Assembly (NCBI GenBank): GCA_016218925.1
Contig: JACRCR010000160.1
Span: forward strand, 23,677-87,676
Origin: Deltaproteobacteria bacterium
Lineage (GTDB): Bacteria > Desulfobacterota > Binatia > UBA1149 > CAITLU01
Reading direction: 5' to 3'
DNA length: 64,000 bases
In this document: positions 1-9,469 of the stretch, piece by piece
How positions within the stretch are numbered: the stretch's first letter is position 1
Layout of the letters: every line of letters begins with the position of its first letter
Program-made: the position numbers and the translations under genes
The notes under the pieces: generated by a model
Told to the model about the DNA's origin: nothing
Databases searched by the model: none
Seen by the model: only the letters and a program-made list of their open reading frames with translations

Positions 1-159
1 AACGGAACCGCGTGCGAGCACGCCGCGATCGACGGAGGCGTGAGCGTCAGTACTACGACGACCACCACGACCACGACCACCACCACGTCGAGCACGACGA
101 CGACCTCGACGACGACGACGACGACAACCATCCGGCAGCTGCTCGGTTCCCAACGATGA
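1..159 (+). CDS. 3' end of a gene running in from the left, ending in a poly-Thr/Ser tract (partial)
   Basis: Frame +1 reads NGTACEHAAIDGGVSVS, then a ~26-residue Thr/Ser run, then IRQLLGSQR* (TGA 157-159). The ACN codon run explains the His/Asp-rich shadow ORF 12..254. Confidence 0.65.
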   Translation, partial: NGTACEHAAIDGGVSVSTTTTTTTTTTTTSSTTTTSTTTTTTTIRQLLGSQR

Positions 160-214
160 CCGCAACGCGGGTGGCGGCGCACGCACGCACATGCGCGCCC
201 TCGGTTCTTGAAGG

Positions 215-667
215 TCAGGCTTGCGTCTTGTCGGCGACGACCTCGATCTTGTAACCCGTCACGGTGGTGACGAGTTCGAGGAAGTCGTGGAACGTGACGG
301 GCTTGGAGATGAATGAACTGCCGCCGAGTTCGTAGGTCTGGTGCACGTCTTCCTCGGCTCTCGAAGTCGTCAGCACGAAGACCGGAATGTCGCGGAACTC
401 CGCATCCGCTTTGATTTCGGCAAGGCACTCGTGCCCGTTCTTCTTGGGCATGTTGAGGTCGAGAAGGATCAAGCCCGGTCGCGGTGAAGTCCAAGGCTCG
501 GCGAACTTGCCGCGTCGCTTCAGGTAGTCCATCAACTCTTCTCCGTCACGTACGAAGCGGAGTTCGTTGTCGAGGCGTCTCTCCTCGAGGGCCTCCCGGG
601 TCAGCATGCGGTCTTCTTCATCGTCGTCGGCGATGAGAATCACGATCGGGGTGCGATCAACCCTCAC
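215..667 (-). CDS. Single-domain response regulator (CheY-like receiver, Rcp-type)
   Basis: ILIADDD, LILLDLNMP, VLTTS and FISKP receiver motifs; GTG at 667 preceded by AAGGAG. Confidence 0.9.
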   Translation of the reverse strand: MRVDRTPIVILIADDDEEDRMLTREALEERRLDNELRFVRDGEELMDYLKRRGKFAEPWTSPRPGLILLDLNMPKKNGHECLAEIKADAEFRDIPVFVLTTSRAEEDVHQTYELGGSSFISKPVTFHDFLELVTTVTGYKIEVVADKTQA

Positions 668-918
668 TGGGCAGCTTCTCCTTCGAGCTGGGTGGTTTCT
701 GGCCGAGCAGAAACGCTCGCAGCATCTCGGACGAGACGGCGACTCCGAACAGCGCAGCCCATAGCACGAACCGGAACCGCTTTGTAAAGTCCGGCACACG
801 GCGCCTGGATCCTGTTGCGGGCCTCGACTTGGTCCGAGTCCTGACGCTTGATTGGCCGGTCGGGGTAGGGCTGCGAGGTCGTTGCGCCGGGTGCGGGTCG
901 CTGGCAGGGGAACTATCC

Positions 919-2121
919 ATGCTCGAGGGTATCCGAGTGGTCGAAGTCGGAGTCTGGGTGGCGGCCCCCGCGGTGGGCGGCCTGCTGGCGGACTGGGGAG
1001 CCGAGGTCATCAAGATCGAACCGCCGGCCGGGGACCCGATGCGAGCGATGTTCCAGGTGTCGATGGGAAGCGATGTTCCCGACAATCCTCCCTTCGACCT
1101 CGACAACCGCGGCAAGAAGAGCGTGGTGCTGGATCTGCGCGGCCAGGCGGGACGCGAGGCGGCGCTGCGCCTGCTCTCGACGGTCGATATCTTCGTCACC
1201 AACCTGCGCCCGGCGGCACTGGAGCGCCTCGGGCTGGGCCACGAACAACTGCTCGCGCGCTTTCCGCGCCTGATCTACGCCAGCGTCACCGGCTATGGGC
1301 TCGAAGGCGAGGACCGTGATCGCGCGGGCTACGATGTCGGAGCGTTCTGGGCCCGCTCTGGAGTTGCCGATCTCTTTCGCCTGCCCGACCAGCCGCCGCT
1401 GGCGCTTCGCGGCGGGTTCGGCGACCACGTCACCGGGATCGCGACCGTCGCCGGGATCATGGGGGCCTTGTTCGAGCGCGAACGCAGCGGCCGCGGGCGT
1501 CTGGTCGAGACCTCGCTGCTGCGTACCGGTATGTACTGCATCGGCTGGGATCTCGGCATCCAACTCGTGTACGGCAAGCTGCGGCCCACGCTGGCGCGCA
1601 CCGAGACCGACAATCCGATGGTCAACAGCTACCAGGCCGGCGACGGGACCTGGTTCTGGCTGATCGGACTCGAAGGCGACCGCCATTTCCCGGTGCTGTG
1701 CAAGGCCATCGATCGGCCGGACTTGCCGCTGGACCCTCGCTTCGCCACTCCCAGGCAGCGACGCATCAATCGTCGCGAGCTGATCCGTACTCTCGACGAA
1801 ATCTTCGTCTCGCGCCCGCGTCACAAGTGGGCTGATGCCTTCGATCGCGAAGAAGTGTGGTGGGTTCCGGTGCAGACCCCTGCGCAGGCGGTGCGTGATC
1901 GTCAGGCTCTGGCCAACGGCGCGGTCGTAGAACTGGAGGGCGGCGAGGGTGGGGAGCCGGCCCATTCGGTGGCTTCGCCGGTAGGGTTTCGCCACGCGGA
2001 TGAGGCCGCTTCGGCACCGCCGCCGCGTGTGTACGCGCCGGTCCCACGACTCGGACAGCACACGCAGGAGGTGCTGAGGGCCGCGGGTTTCAGCGACGAA
2101 GAAATCGACAGGCTCCACTGA
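919..2121 (+). CDS. CoA-transferase family III (CaiB/BaiF)
   Basis: MLEGIRVVE..LADWGAEVIKIEPP.GDP.R, NRGKKS, YASVTGYG, C-terminal PRLGQHT. Confidence 0.93.
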   Translation: MLEGIRVVEVGVWVAAPAVGGLLADWGAEVIKIEPPAGDPMRAMFQVSMGSDVPDNPPFDLDNRGKKSVVLDLRGQAGREAALRLLSTVDIFVTNLRPAALERLGLGHEQLLARFPRLIYASVTGYGLEGEDRDRAGYDVGAFWARSGVADLFRLPDQPPLALRGGFGDHVTGIATVAGIMGALFERERSGRGRLVETSLLRTGMYCIGWDLGIQLVYGKLRPTLARTETDNPMVNSYQAGDGTWFWLIGLEGDRHFPVLCKAIDRPDLPLDPRFATPRQRRINRRELIRTLDEIFVSRPRHKWADAFDREEVWWVPVQTPAQAVRDRQALANGAVVELEGGEGGEPAHSVASPVGFRHADEAASAPPPRVYAPVPRLGQHTQEVLRAAGFSDEEIDRLH

Positions 2122-2254
2122 CCGCCGCGCCGCGCGCTGCGACGTTCGACGCGCCGGCCAGTGGCGTCGCACGTTGCGTGCGCGGGTTCGGGGCGTGGCG
2201 GGGACCGCCCCGGTGGTGGAACAGCGACGCCTGCGCCGCTACCATTGCACCAGG

Positions 2255-2878
2255 ATGTGGGGTGGAGGAGGAAGCGCACGCGGCTTTGCGGTGGCCGTGG
2301 TGGCGTCGTGGCTCGTTGCGTGCAGCACCGCGGCGCCGCGCCAGGTGGACGATGCCTGCGCCATCTTCTCGGAGCGCGAAGGGTGGTACGACGACGCGCT
2401 GGACGCCAACAAACGATGGGGCGTGCCGATCTCGATCCAGCTCGCCTTCATACGCCAGGAATCGTCTTTCGAGAGCGACGCCAAGCCGCCCCGCAAGAAA
2501 TACCTGGGCTTCATACCGGGCCGGCGTCCCTCCAACGCATTCGGTTATGCGCAGGCGCTGGATTCGACCTGGGACGAGTACCGGAAGGCGACCGGCGAAC
2601 GTGGCGCCGACCGCGACGAGTTCGCCGACGCCGTCGACTTCATCGGCTGGTACAATGCCCGCAGTGCCAGACTCTGTGGTCTTCGCAAGGACGACGCCTA
2701 CGGTCTCTACCTCGCCTATCACGAAGGGCCGCATGGTTATCGGCGTGGCAGCTACCGTCACAAGCAATGGCTGATGGCCGCAGCCACGCGCGTTGCCAAG
2801 AAGGCCGAGCGCTACCGCAGCCAGCTCCAGCGCTGCGCCAAGGACCTGGAGCGCAAGAAGTTCCTCTGGTTCTTCTGA
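2255..2878 (+). CDS. Lytic transglycosylase SLT-like lipoprotein
   Basis: Lipobox LVAC; IRQESSF catalytic-Glu motif; AFGYAQA; YLAYHEG. Start uncertain (2174 or 2255). Confidence 0.8.
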   Translation: MWGGGGSARGFAVAVVASWLVACSTAAPRQVDDACAIFSEREGWYDDALDANKRWGVPISIQLAFIRQESSFESDAKPPRKKYLGFIPGRRPSNAFGYAQALDSTWDEYRKATGERGADRDEFADAVDFIGWYNARSARLCGLRKDDAYGLYLAYHEGPHGYRRGSYRHKQWLMAAATRVAKKAERYRSQLQRCAKDLERKKFLWFF

Positions 2879-2932
2879 AACCGCTCGCGACGACCGATCG
2901 ATGCGCGAAACCGCCACCGAAATGATGCCGGC

Positions 2933-3985
2933 GTGATCGAGCGACTGCGCAATACCTTGGTTGTCTCGCTACTGGGACTTCCGCGTCCGGCTCTGTCGCT
3001 GCTGGCGGGGCGCCCCATCGTGCGCGACGACGCGCCGCTGGACGTACAGGTTCAGACGATGCTGAGGCTGGTTGCCGCCGCCGGCATTCCGTCGGTCGAA
3101 ACGCTCAGTGCTGCCGATGCGCGCAAGGTCTTCGCGGCGTCGGCCGGACTTCTGGCCGGTCGTGCGCCGGTGATGTCGCGTGTCGAGAATCGGTGCATCG
3201 CAGGGCCGGCCGGTCAGATTGCGCTACGCATCTACGTCCCGCGCACCGGCAAGGCGCCACATCCGGTGCTGGTGTACTACCATGGAGGGGGGTGGGTGAT
3301 CGGGAGTCCGGACACTCACGATGTTCCAGCCCGCTGCCTGGCCGAGCGCAGCGCGTGTATCGTGATCTCGGTCGACTATCGTCTGGCGCCCGAGCACAAG
3401 TTCCCCGGGCCTTTCGAAGATGCGATGGCGTCGTTTGCGTGGGCGGCGGCCAACGCCGCCTCTTTCGGCGGCGATCCCTCGCGCATCGCGGTGGGAGGCG
3501 ACAGCGCCGGCGGCAATCTCGCGGCAGCGGTCGCACAGCAAACGAGCCTGACCGGTCGGCGCGTCCCGGACTTCCAGCTTCTGGTCTATCCGGTGACCGA
3601 TCTGGGCGCCGAGTCGCGCTCCTACGAACTGTTCGCCGATGGCTTCTACTTGACGCGGCCGCTGATGCGCTGGTTTCGAGATCACTATCTGCCCGATTCC
3701 ACGCCGGCATCGGCGTGGGGCGAGGATCCGCGCGTCTCACCGCTTCGAGCGCCGAACCTGGCGGGTCTGCCGCCGGCTTGCGTAATGACGGCCGGCTTCG
3801 ATCCGCTTCGCAATGAGGGCAAGGCTTACGCCGAGCGGTTGCTCGAAGCCGGAGTCGCCGTCGACTACCGCAACTACCCCACGCTCATCCACGGTTTCTT
3901 GTCGATGGCAGGTGTGATCGGGCCGGCGCGAAGCGCGTTCGCCGACGCGGTGTCGGCGCTGCGTGCCGGGCTCCGCACCGGCTAG
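2933..3985 (+). CDS. Alpha/beta hydrolase, HSL-family esterase/lipase
   Basis: YYHGGGW oxyanion motif, GDSAGG nucleophile elbow, DPLR and HGF catalytic Asp/His. Confidence 0.93.
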   Translation: MIERLRNTLVVSLLGLPRPALSLLAGRPIVRDDAPLDVQVQTMLRLVAAAGIPSVETLSAADARKVFAASAGLLAGRAPVMSRVENRCIAGPAGQIALRIYVPRTGKAPHPVLVYYHGGGWVIGSPDTHDVPARCLAERSACIVISVDYRLAPEHKFPGPFEDAMASFAWAAANAASFGGDPSRIAVGGDSAGGNLAAAVAQQTSLTGRRVPDFQLLVYPVTDLGAESRSYELFADGFYLTRPLMRWFRDHYLPDSTPASAWGEDPRVSPLRAPNLAGLPPACVMTAGFDPLRNEGKAYAERLLEAGVAVDYRNYPTLIHGFLSMAGVIGPARSAFADAVSALRAGLRTG

Positions 3986-4045
3986 TCGCCGGGTCCGGCA
4001 GCGTCTTTCGCAGTGCGCGAACGAATCGCGTCCGCGCCGACTTGC

Positions 4046-4513
4046 TCATCTCTCGGCAGCGAGCTCGCGTACGACCTGCAGCGCCTCGTCGACGTGCTTG
4101 GTTGCCTGGAGCTGAGAGTTGAAAACGTGTCGCACCACGCCCTTCTTGTCGATCACGTAGGTGACGCGTCCGGGAAGGATCCACATCGTGGCCGGTACGC
4201 CGTAGGCTTTGCGCACTGTATTGCCTTCGTCGGCCAGCAGCGTGAATGGGAGACGGTGGTGTTTGGCGAAGCCCTCGTGCGCAGAGATCGAATCGCCACT
4301 GATGCCGATCACCTCGGCTCCGGCGCTCGCGAAATCCTCATACGAGTCGCGGAAGCTGCACGCCTCCTTGGTGCACCCCGGGGTTTCGTCCTTCGGGTAG
4401 AAGTACAGCACTACGGCGCTCTTGCCGCGGAAGTCGGCGAGCGACACTCGTGTGCCGTCCTGGCTTCGAAGCCGGAAATCGGGCGCTATCTCGCCCACGC
4501 TCACGCTGCCCAT
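4046..4513 (-). CDS. bcp: Peroxiredoxin, BCP/PrxQ family
   Basis: YFYPKDETPGCTKEACSFRD (PxxxTxxC, CxxxxC). Confidence 0.92.
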   Translation of the reverse strand: MGSVSVGEIAPDFRLRSQDGTRVSLADFRGKSAVVLYFYPKDETPGCTKEACSFRDSYEDFASAGAEVIGISGDSISAHEGFAKHHRLPFTLLADEGNTVRKAYGVPATMWILPGRVTYVIDKKGVVRHVFNSQLQATKHVDEALQVVRELAAER

Positions 4514-4580
4514 TGCATCACTCCTCGACGGGTGTTCCGACTGCTGGCGGTAACGGTCTCGGCGGCGCGACGTCGAGCGC

Positions 4581-5198
4581 TCACGCGAGCGTCGCCGAGC
4601 CCCAATAGTTGAACATCAGTGGCCGGATCCCCGGCAGATATATCGTCTGCAGGTCGTCGACACGGAAGCCGGCGTCTTTGAGCAGCGTCGGTATGTTCCG
4701 GTTCATGTTGCAGCCGCCCGACATGAACTTCCAGACGGGATTGAGGCGGTTCTGCCACTTGCTCACGGATTCATCCGGGGCAAGTCCGTGCTCGGAGTAG
4801 TACATCGAGCCGCCGCTCTTGAGCACCCGGCGCATCTCGAGCAGGGCCGCGTGCACGTCCGGAATCGTGCACAGCGTGTAGGTGATGACGATGCTGTCGA
4901 CGGTCGCGTCGGCGAGCGGAATCTTCTCGCTCGACAGCGTAACCCAATCCACGTCGATACCGGCCTGCTCGGCGCGCTTTCGCGCCATCACCTGGAGCTC
5001 CGGGGAGGGATCGAGTCCGATTACCCTGTCGACTCTGGTCTTGTCGTAGAAGGAAAGGTTGAGTCCCGATCCTATTCCGATTTCCAGAACCCTGCCGTGC
5101 GCGAGAGGCACGACCTTGGCACGCTGGCGCATGATGGGGCGGACCCGCATGGTGGCGTCGAGGAGCGGCGCGGCGATGTACTTCTTGTAGATACCCAC
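4581..5198 (-). CDS. Class I SAM-dependent methyltransferase
   Basis: VLEIGIGSG SAM motif, TLCTIPD, EHG, GGCNMNR. Confidence 0.9.
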   Translation of the reverse strand: MGIYKKYIAAPLLDATMRVRPIMRQRAKVVPLAHGRVLEIGIGSGLNLSFYDKTRVDRVIGLDPSPELQVMARKRAEQAGIDVDWVTLSSEKIPLADATVDSIVITYTLCTIPDVHAALLEMRRVLKSGGSMYYSEHGLAPDESVSKWQNRLNPVWKFMSGGCNMNRNIPTLLKDAGFRVDDLQTIYLPGIRPLMFNYWGSATLA

Positions 5199-5339
5199 GC
5201 CGTATGTATGGAGCGCGGGTGCGGGACAGGCAAGTCGAGCGGCGGCGTTGTGTTCGAGGAGGAAGCGCCCGGTCCCTCCGGCGCGCTGGGAGGAGATGCG
5301 CGCGTCGGAGGGACCCTATCCGGTTGTCGGTTCCGGACT

Positions 5340-5741
5340 CTACTTCAGGGACAGGGTGTAGTCGGTCAGCGCTTGGATCTCGGCCGCGGAGAGCTTCTCC
5401 GTGTACGGCTTCATGACCAACTTGTCACCTTCTTTGGCCTTCACCCCCTTGGTCATCGAATCGGACACCTTGGCAGCGGTGAGGCCGGCCTTGACGGCGG
5501 CGGCTGTCAGATCCTGAACGCCCATCTTCTCGCCGGCCTTCGAGCCCTTGCCGTCCTTGCCGTGGCAGGAGGCGCAGTTCTTGGCCCACAGCGCTGCGGC
5601 ATCCGGAGCCGCGCCTTCGGCCTGCGCCGAGGTGGCTGCGAAGGCCAGCAACGCAACGACTGCAAGCGCCGACACGGTGCCCAGCGCCAAGCGGCGCTCG
5701 ATCTTCGAACCCGAGACTGTCTGTGATGCGATGGAAATCAT
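5340..5741 (-). CDS. Class I monoheme cytochrome c
   Basis: Signal peptide ending AQA, CASCH heme motif, distal Met (VMKPY), LSAAEI..L..Y helix. Confidence 0.9.
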   Translation of the reverse strand: MISIASQTVSGSKIERRLALGTVSALAVVALLAFAATSAQAEGAAPDAAALWAKNCASCHGKDGKGSKAGEKMGVQDLTAAAVKAGLTAAKVSDSMTKGVKAKEGDKLVMKPYTEKLSAAEIQALTDYTLSLK

Positions 5742-5855
5742 GGCTCTCGTTCCCTCCTAGCTGGCTTTTGCCGTTGTCCAAGGACCGCTACGCAGAGCCG
5801 GCCTCGGAGTCATCGTCGATCCGCGGTTTTTCAAAGCGGGCCGACACGGTGCTGT

Positions 5856-6074
5856 TCAGGCGCGGCGTTGTTCGAATGCGAGGGTGCCCGGCTGCGTTGC
5901 GGCCAGCGCGTGCCCGTATCCGCCAGACAGGGTCTGACTCGAGCGAGTCTCGGTCCTGGCCTTTGCGTCCCCGGTTGCGAGCGCAACGATCGTTGCGAGC
6001 GCGGCCAGGACTGCGGCCGCCATTCCGAGGCGCTGCCGCTGGCGGTCGGCAAGCGCAGCTTCTGTAACACCCAT
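5856..6074 (-). CDS. Small hypothetical exported/membrane protein (72 aa)
   Basis: GGAGG RBS before ATG; hydrophobic segment then AKA; sigma54-type promoter upstream. Confidence 0.5.
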   Translation of the reverse strand: MGVTEAALADRQRQRLGMAAAVLAALATIVALATGDAKARTETRSSQTLSGGYGHALAATQPGTLAFEQRRA

Positions 6075-6145
6075 TGGGAACCTCCAGGCCGAACCATGAT
6101 TAGTCGATCAGATGGTTTGGCGGTCGACGTTGTGGCGTTGCTAAC

Positions 6146-6160
6146 GCAAACCCCGTGCCA
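6146..6160 (-). promoter_or_regulatory. Putative sigma54 (-24/-12) promoter
   Basis: Minus strand TGGCACGGGGTTTGC matches TGGCACG-N4-TTGC with GG-N10-GC spacing, ~70 nt upstream of ORF 5856..6074. Confidence 0.65.
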
Positions 6161-6513
6161 CGTTCCGCCGCCGCGGTGCTGGTTCGTCCCGGCCGCCACG
6201 CGGGTGCGCAGCAGGGTCGCCGGAAGCTTCGGGACTCGATGTTGCAGCCGATTCGCGCCGTCCCTGCGCCGTCGGGGCGCATCGCGCCGGCCCTCGAGGT
6301 CGCCCGCGCTTTGTCAGGCCTGTGAACGAAAAAGGCGAGGTTCTTCAAAGCTGCGAACGCGGGCTTCGGCCCGGTCCCGGGCATAGCGCCGGGTGGGCCA
6401 GACGCCGCGCCGCGGGGCCCGCCCGGGCCGGCCGAGTTGGCGGGAATGGGGGGCCGGGCGGCTGCGGCGCGGGGCGTGGTTCGACTCCGCTGCGCGCCGC
6501 AGGGCGCCCGAAC

Positions 6514-8121
6514 TCAACGCCGGGGGTTGCCCGCAGCGGTCGGTTCGGTTCGGTTCAAGCGGCGATAGATCCGGCGGTTGGCTCTGTGGATCCGCAGGAA
6601 CGAGTCGTACATCTCGTCATAGATCGACCGCAGGCGCGGATCCGGCCGGTAGGTCCGCTCGACCGCGACGGCCGAGGGGATGTCTTCGAGTCGCATCCAC
6701 CCGAGTCCGATCGCGGCGACGAATGCGGCGCCGCGGGCGTTGGCGTGGATCGGGTCCGCGACGGCGTGGATCTCGCGTTCGAGAACGTCGGCGAAGATGC
6801 GACACCACAGCGCGGACCTGGCACCTCCACCGATGATGCGGATGGGGTCGAGCCGGCGGCGCAGGAATTTCTCGACGTACCCGAGACTCCAGCGCGTGTT
6901 GTAGGCCACCCCCTCCAGGACGGCGCGCGCCATGTGGTCGAGCGTCGTGCGTGGCGAGATGTTGTGAAACGCGCCGCGCAGGTGATGATCGTCGACAGGC
7001 GTGCGTTCGCCGTTGAGCCACGGCGTGAACAGCAGCTTGTCGCTGCCGGCCGGGACCGACGCGGCGATCCGATCGACCAGTTCGTAGCGCGCATCCGGGA
7101 TCGAGATCCCGAGCAGTTCGTTGCGGCGGAACACGATGTTGTCGGCGAGGAATCCGAGCGCGCCGCCGGCGAGATCCTGTTCGTTGACGCACTGGTACTT
7201 GCCGGGGATGGAGGTCGGAAAGCACGCGATGGAGTGCAGAAGATCGGTCTTCTTGAACGGCACGAGGCACTCGATCCACGAGGAAGTTCCGATGTAGAGA
7301 TGTCCCTCATAGTCGCGCACCGCACCCGAGCCGTACAGCGCGCACTGGTGGTCCGGAGAACCGACCACCACGCGCACCCCGGGGCGCAGTCCGATCGCCT
7401 CGGCGACCCGCGGGCGCACTGCACCGAGCACATCGGTCGACGCACGCAACGGCGGGAGTTTGTCCCGGTCGATGCCGATCATCGCGATGAGTCCGGTGTC
7501 GTAGTGCACGTCGTTCGGATCCCGCGTATCGGTGACCCAGAAGAGCTGCATCGAATCGTACGATGCGGCGAACTCGCCGGTGAGCTGCAGGTTGAGATAA
7601 TCCTTGCTCGGCAAGAAACGATGCGTTTGCCGGTAGATCTGCGGGAACTCGTGTTTCACCAGCAGCGCGTGCGCAGCGTCGTCCTTGCCGGACAGCGACG
7701 GGGCGCCGCCGGTCTTGGACACCCACCTCCAGCAGCGCAGCAGATTGTAACCGAAGATGCTCGGGTAACCGCCCACCACGCGGCGAACGTACGGAGCGCC
7801 ACGCGAGTCCATCCACGTGAGCGACGGCATCAGTGCATCGCCGTTGCGATCGACCGCGACCGTGCTCGAGAAGGTGCTCGACACGCACATCGCTTCGATC
7901 GCTTCGGGTGCGACTGCTGCGCGCCGAACCAGGCGCGAGGAGGCGGCGATCAGCGCCCTCCACCAGTCGTTCGGGTCCTGCTCGGCGCCTCCACCGTCGA
8001 TGAAGTTCATCGGCGTCTTCTCGAACTCGCTGTCGACGACCTCTCCGCCGGCGCGGACGAGCGCGGCTTTGATGCCGGAGGTTCCGTGGTCTATCGCCAG
8101 AACGCAGGGGTCGCCGCTCAC
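6514..8121 (-). CDS. FGGY-family carbohydrate kinase (xylulokinase-like)
   Basis: LAIDHGTSGIK, EQDPNDWW, TWMDSRG, PWLNGERTP, AVLEGVA, IGGGARS. Confidence 0.92.
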   Translation of the reverse strand: MSGDPCVLAIDHGTSGIKAALVRAGGEVVDSEFEKTPMNFIDGGGAEQDPNDWWRALIAASSRLVRRAAVAPEAIEAMCVSSTFSSTVAVDRNGDALMPSLTWMDSRGAPYVRRVVGGYPSIFGYNLLRCWRWVSKTGGAPSLSGKDDAAHALLVKHEFPQIYRQTHRFLPSKDYLNLQLTGEFAASYDSMQLFWVTDTRDPNDVHYDTGLIAMIGIDRDKLPPLRASTDVLGAVRPRVAEAIGLRPGVRVVVGSPDHQCALYGSGAVRDYEGHLYIGTSSWIECLVPFKKTDLLHSIACFPTSIPGKYQCVNEQDLAGGALGFLADNIVFRRNELLGISIPDARYELVDRIAASVPAGSDKLLFTPWLNGERTPVDDHHLRGAFHNISPRTTLDHMARAVLEGVAYNTRWSLGYVEKFLRRRLDPIRIIGGGARSALWCRIFADVLEREIHAVADPIHANARGAAFVAAIGLGWMRLEDIPSAVAVERTYRPDPRLRSIYDEMYDSFLRIHRANRRIYRRLNRTEPTAAGNPRR

Positions 8122-9341
8122 AACTCCATTCTCGTCATCGAGCCATCCGCCGCGATCGTCTCGAATATCAGCAGCGGGGGACGCTTGCCGTCGCCTGCGC
8201 GCGGCGTGCCGGCCATGACCTCGGTGGCCAGGCCGATGAATTCCATCGGATCCAGACAGGCTTCGGGCGGCAACACCCCTTTGGCGGTGATGCTCCCGCG
8301 CTGCATCAGCATCACGCCGATCGCGGCCGGGATTCCGGTGCCCTCGCCGAGCGCGCTTTCGTCGGAGCCCATGTGGACGCGCACCTCACGCGGGTCGCCG
8401 TTCTTGCGGCCCTTCACCACCACGGACATGCAACCGCGCTGCTTGCCGAAGGCAGTTTCTTTCAGGATCCGTTCGCGCTGCTGGAGCAGGAACGCGATCG
8501 AGAAATCGTACGGGACCACGTCGTGTCCGCCGACGTCGATCGGTTCCTTGCTGGTGAGTCCGAGGCGGCACAGCTCACCGGTCAGATTGTAGTACTCGAG
8601 CGGCAGTACCGATCCTCTGTTGGTCACCTGCCGCACCCGCAGGTGCTGCGGCATCGTCACCTGTTCGGGGTGAGGGTACGGATAGGTCGGCGTGGGTCCG
8701 AGGACCGGGAAGTCGAATGTCTGCCGCAGCGCGATGCCGTCCTCGCCGAAATATCTGACGGTTTTCAGCCGGCCCTCCAGAAACATCGGGATGTCGATGC
8801 TCATGCAGTGGAAGCGATGTCCGATCACTCCGGGACCCTCGGTCGGTTCGCCGCCGTGGCAGTGGAAGATGTCGATCGAGTCGGTCTCGTCCATCTGCGA
8901 GTCGGCTATGTACTTCGCGAGCAGATTGGTAGCACCGGGGGACGCGCCCATGCCGATCAGTGCGGTGATCCCCGCGCGGCTGGCCGCGTCGTTCATCGCG
9001 AGGACGTCGAGCGTCACGTCGACGTCATCGCAAATGTCGACGTAGTCGATCGCGGCGTCGATCACTGCGGCGAGGATCGTCTTTACCGTCTTGTAGAACG
9101 GGCCTACGCAGTTGAGTACGATGTCTGCACCGTCGATCGCCCTGCGAACGCTGGCCGCGTCGCCGGCGTCGGTCGCCACGAAGCGGACTCGGTCGGCTCC
9201 CAGGCCCTCGACGAGCTGGCGGGCGCGGGCCGCGTTCTGGTCACCGATCACCACCTGCGAAAATTCCGGTCGCTGCGCGAGTGTCCTCACCGCGACGCTG
9301 CCAACTGCCCCACAACCACCCAGTACGACAACCTTGCTCAT
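8118..9341 (-). CDS. Saccharopine dehydrogenase-like NAD(P)-dependent oxidoreductase
   Basis: VLGGCGAVG Rossmann motif, NCVGPFY, YVDICDD, GMGASPG, HPE, GVLPPE; 4-nt overlap with the kinase. Confidence 0.88.
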   Translation of the reverse strand: MSKVVVLGGCGAVGSVAVRTLAQRPEFSQVVIGDQNAARARQLVEGLGADRVRFVATDAGDAASVRRAIDGADIVLNCVGPFYKTVKTILAAVIDAAIDYVDICDDVDVTLDVLAMNDAASRAGITALIGMGASPGATNLLAKYIADSQMDETDSIDIFHCHGGEPTEGPGVIGHRFHCMSIDIPMFLEGRLKTVRYFGEDGIALRQTFDFPVLGPTPTYPYPHPEQVTMPQHLRVRQVTNRGSVLPLEYYNLTGELCRLGLTSKEPIDVGGHDVVPYDFSIAFLLQQRERILKETAFGKQRGCMSVVVKGRKNGDPREVRVHMGSDESALGEGTGIPAAIGVMLMQRGSITAKGVLPPEACLDPMEFIGLATEVMAGTPRAGDGKRPPLLIFETIAADGSMTRMEL

Positions 9342-9469
9342 GACTTTCTCGACCTCCTTGTGTTCCCGGGCGCCGCGGCGCCCGCGGTGTCATCGTCTCG
9401 TGTGCGCGTCGCAGGCTCGCGGCCGCCCCGTTTCGTTGCCCACTGGCTCGCGACGCGTCGCCGCCGTTC

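Noticed and set aside
12-254. His/Asp-rich 80-aa ORF resembling a metal-binding peptide
   Set aside because: Alternative-frame reading of the ACN poly-Thr codon run in frame +1
5856-5858. Sec readthrough of the small ORF's TGA
   Set aside because: No redox motif context, no SECIS-like hairpin, extension looks non-coding
6340-6495. tRNA-Sec-like fragments (CTTCAAA at ~6343, GGTTCGACTCC at ~6478)
   Set aside because: About 135 nt apart, anticodon stem does not pair, no acceptor stem
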